Positions 35,791-38,811 of a stretch of DNA of 38,811 nucleotides are shown in pieces. The notes beneath the pieces are model-generated. The model was given only the letters and a program-made list of their open reading frames with translations. It was not told the DNA's origin and made no database searches. The translations under genes were made by a program, and so were the position numbers. Each line of letters starts with the position of its first letter. Positions within the stretch are counted from its first letter, which is position 1. The stretch is from Lenisia limosa (lineage: Eukaryota > Protista > Breviatea): the NCBI GenBank assembly GCA_001655205.1, contig LPNZ01005727.1:1-38811 (forward strand), given 5' to 3'.

Positions 35791-36251
35791 ACCACAAATC
35801 TCCGTATACGTATCCTCTTTAATCGTTATTTCTCACCTTACTCCTCACGCCTCTTACTATACTTATCCTCCCACCCCTATCTGTATTCTTTAGTACATAT
35901 AATATATGATATAAGTACATTATAATTTTATAGTATATACTAATCCTCNNNNNNNNNNNNNNNNNNNNNNNNNNNNNNNNNNNNNNNNNNNNNNNNNNNN
36001 NNNNNNNNNNNNNNNNNNNNNNNNNNNNNNNNNNNNNNNNNNNNNNNAGGCCGAGTCGCAGCGGCGTTGGTGACGTCATGCTTGCCTTATTTGGAAGGTA
36101 ACATTTTCGACAACAGTCAAGGTGTCCAAGCTTGGAGGTGGGTCAGATTTGTCGAAAATTCCAAATGCTTTATGTTGCATCAAAGAATATGTATGATCAC
36201 CAGCGCACCCTCACTTAAAATCCCCCAATGCGTGCGACTGACCTGGGATTT

Positions 36252-36348
36252 GTTTGTTTTCTTGCTATCACCCCTCATATATTGTTAGCCAACAGAGTTG
36301 ATTTTGGGCTTTTTTTGTTTCTTTTCAATTTTACTCCCCCTTTTTTAG
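36252..36348 (+). repeat. Intron-like dispersed repeat, copy 5 (GT...AG, 97 nt)
   Basis: cctgggattt|gtttgt...attgttagccaacagagttgattttgggctttttttgtttcttttcaattttactcccccttttttag|. Confidence 0.8.
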
Positions 36349-36645
36349 GAACTTGGCACTAGTAGCTGCGGAGCCAGCATGCTTAGTAGCGCGAAGAGCC
36401 TCGGACAACGCCCTCGTTGATACGCAGCTGGACGTCTTGTTCGGATGCAGAGTGGCAGCTGAGAATGACTGTGGGGGGGGGGGGNNNNNNNNNNNNNNNN
36501 NNNNNNNNNNNNNNNNNNNNNNNNNNNNNNNNNNNNNNNNNNNNNNNNNNNNNNNNNNNNNNNNNNNNNNNNNNNNNNNNNNNNNNNNNNNNNNNNNNNN
36601 NNNNNNNNNNNNNNNNNNNNNNNNNNNGTCAGCCAGCCCCTGCAA

Positions 36646-37882
36646 ATGACCTGGCGAGAGTCCAAGCCGTCCACCTGTCTCCTCTCATCCCGCAAATGGA
36701 TCCAGCGCATCACGCTAAATGACCCTGACTATCTTGGCTTGGCCATCTCAAGAGGCTCTGAAGAATGGGCGTCTCTGGAGATCTCTCGGATCTTGCCAGT
36801 CAAGCCGAAGGTTGATGATGGTGAAGACGTCATCACTCTCGACTCTCTTCCAAAATGTGGGCTGATGAGTTTGGCTCTCTAAGGTTGAATAATAAAGCAA
36901 ATGTTCATAGGATTGGGGGCTCTTGGGAGTTTGATTACCAGGAAATATGGGTGGAGGTTATGTATGAATTAATCATATCAGTGCGAAAAAAGTACTGAAT
37001 TTCTGGATAACTCCTTGATAAATATCTTGTGACCTCTAACTTTTCAGACGTTCAGCCCTCAGATCCTGCAGAGCCGCCACCAGAGAAAGTGGTAAGCTGT
37101 TGCCTTTGGTTTTCAAAATAATTCTCAATTCGCAAACAATCCTCTTTGAATCCTTTGAAAACTGTTAGAACGGCAATGCCAGGGCTTGGTTGAATGCCTG
37201 CCCTTTCTTTGTAACTTACCAATCTTACCAATCCAGACGTCCGACAGTATGGCGGACTTTTTCGCCACCATTAACCCCTTTGAACGAGATCGTTTGGAGC
37301 TCAACGGGGTAGGCGCTTTTCGAGGGTCTTGAAATAATGCAGGATAGACTCTGAATGTTAAGATAGACACTATCATGATATGATGTACTGAATAAGTGCA
37401 GACTATGTGGAGACTTGAGGAGGAGACCATTTTTAATATCGTATCTATCTTAACATGCAGTGTCTATCTTAACATGCAAGCTCTATTGGCCATATCAAAC
37501 TAATGTTGGCAATGCTATTTTGTTTGAGTGTCATGAGCTAGGACCCGCCCCCACAACCAGCCAATGGATTCCTCAGTCAAATTCCGGACCTGACGGGTCT
37601 GATTGTAGGTATGTTTGGGCTGGCTGAAGGTATCAGTGGGTGTTTTGGGTTTGTATCTGGGCTTTTTGTCGAAAACTGCTCAGTATGTTCAACAACAATT
37701 CTGAATGGCAAGATCAAGTGATCTATCTGATCTATGCAGACCCCGAGGCGCTTCACAACCGGGTCAGCTCGGCCGCCGGCTTCATGACGGCAAATCTCGG
37801 CCTAGCTCGGCACGGCGAGTGGGTCAAAACCATGTTCACGGGTAATGCGCTGAGTGAGTTCGAGAGAACACTAAATGAGTAG
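36646..37882 (+). CDS. Hypothetical multi-exon gene (partial)
   Basis: Splice-bounded coding-like segments: RKWIQRITLNDPDYLGLAISRGSEEWASLEISRILPVKPK..., DVQPSDPAEPPPEKV|gtaagc, NGNARAWLNACPFFVTYQ..., DPPPQPANGFLSQIPDLTGLIV|gtatgt and SMFNNNSEWQDQVIYLIYADPEALHNRVSSAAGFMTANLG...RTLNE. Confidence 0.4.
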
Positions 37883-38142
37883 TTTGTATGTGCTTTTGTA
37901 TTTGTTGTACTTCTGATTTGATATGTTTAGAATTGTTTCCCCTAATATAATCCTACGACACACTAAATTTAAAGAAATAATAAGAAATATAAAAAAAAAC
38001 AATACCAAGCGCCTATGAGAAAACGTCCTCTTCGTTGTCGTAGAGGGGATTGGCGCATCCCTGGGGCGTGTCGCTACCCATGACATACAGCTCGTTTTCT
38101 ACATGGTCAAGGGGCAGAATGGATTCAAATCCTGTTTATCGA

Positions 38143-38236
38143 TAGAGCTTTCAGTTCGAAAAAGATCGATAAAATATCGATAGTTTTCGAGGATTTATCG
38201 AGAAATTCACTAATTTCGAACTAAAGTGAAGCCCTA
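38143..38236. mobile_element. MITE-like element (94 bp) with imperfect terminal inverted repeats
   Basis: 5' tagagctttcagttcgaaa versus the reverse complement of the 3' end, tagggcttcactttagttcgaaa. A homologous left end sits at 33064. TAGGG-type TIRs are reminiscent of hAT non-autonomous elements (inference). The putative 8-bp TSD is only 5/8 identical. Confidence 0.6.
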
Positions 38237-38254
38237 TACATCGTGCATTAACTA

Positions 38255-38811
38255 TGCTTTGGGGAACAAATATCGGGGTAGTAAGAGACAGAAAAAGATA
38301 TAATAAAAAAAACATGAAAACAACAAACACAACTCACCTTTATTGGCCCATTTAAGGTTGCGCTGGTCACGTTTGAAGTCTGACCAAGCCTTACGGTCGC
38401 GGGTCACGACAACTCCCTTCCATATGGCCGCCGCCGTGATAATGCCTGGATTGTGAGGGGTAAAGTAATTTATGAAATAAAAAAGCCCAAAATCAACTCT
38501 ATTGGCTGACAACACACAAGGGTTGATAACAAAACACACAAATCCCAGGCCAGTCGCTTCTGCAGCCGCATCCCATCACTCGTGAGGGGAGGAGGAGGAG
38601 GTAAGAATGGATTTATGAAACAAAAAAACCCAAGTCAACAAACAGCTGTGTGAAGGGGTAAGAAAAAGGCCAACATTCACAAGATACACCATGCACCAAC
38701 CTCCGATGCCAAGTAGAGCAGTACCCGACAGTACCAGCGCAGTGTCTGACACCACCACCGCATCAGCTCCCGGACACTGAGTCAGAATGGTCTGGGGGAG
38801 GGGGGGGGGGG
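38255..38811 (-). CDS. Hypothetical spliced gene fragment, 5' end outside window
   Basis: One phase-consistent splicing gives GADAVVVSDTALVLSGTALLGIG|VMGCGCRSDWPGI|CIITAAAIWKGVVVTRDRKAWSDFKRDQRNLKWANK|gtgagt. Confidence 0.35.
38446..38539 (-). repeat. Intron-like dispersed repeat, copy 6 (GT...AG, 94 nt)
   Basis: Minus strand: cctgggattt|gtgtgttttgttatcaacccttgtgtgttgtcagccaatagagttgattttgggctttttatttcataaattactttacccctcacaatccag|. Confidence 0.8.
38579..38700 (-). repeat. Intron-like dispersed repeat, diverged copy 7 (adjacent intron of the same fragment)
   Basis: Minus strand contains gttgacttgggtttttttgtttcataaatccattcttacctcctcc...gag|, matching the 3' half of the family. Confidence 0.55.

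Noticed and set aside
1-38811. tRNA, rRNA or snRNA genes; taxonomic assignment
   Set aside because: No recognisable structured-RNA signatures seen by eye. No marker gene is present to assign the organism.

Overview
Eukaryotic genomic DNA with the standard code and GT-AG introns. It looks like a microbial eukaryote (early-diverging fungus or protist), but I cannot assign the taxon from sequence. There are seven N-gaps, several directly next to poly-C/G runs. The left half (1-19.6 kb) is gene-dense: an acidic multi-exon gene (minus strand, runs into a gap), a divergent small membrane-protein gene, a clean 150-aa ankyrin gene, and one ~11 kb minus-strand gene (8602-19557) that the ORF track fragments into dozens of pieces. 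Spliced by hand, that gene is a type I membrane protein of roughly 2,200-2,300 aa (estimate). Its layout is signal peptide, ~29-30 furin-like CxxC repeats (mostly one per phase-1 exon), STIG1-like Cys repeats interleaved with a somatomedin-B domain, an unassigned ~550-aa Cys-poor region, a TM helix and a 7-aa tail. It contains many introns of only 25-35 nt. The right half (19.6-38.8 kb) is a patchwork of spliced, uncharacterised gene fragments, minisatellites and a MITE-like element. It also carries a dispersed family of mutually homologous ~95-125 nt GT...AG intron-like sequences, a candidate Introner-like family. All gene models are manual and lack transcript support.
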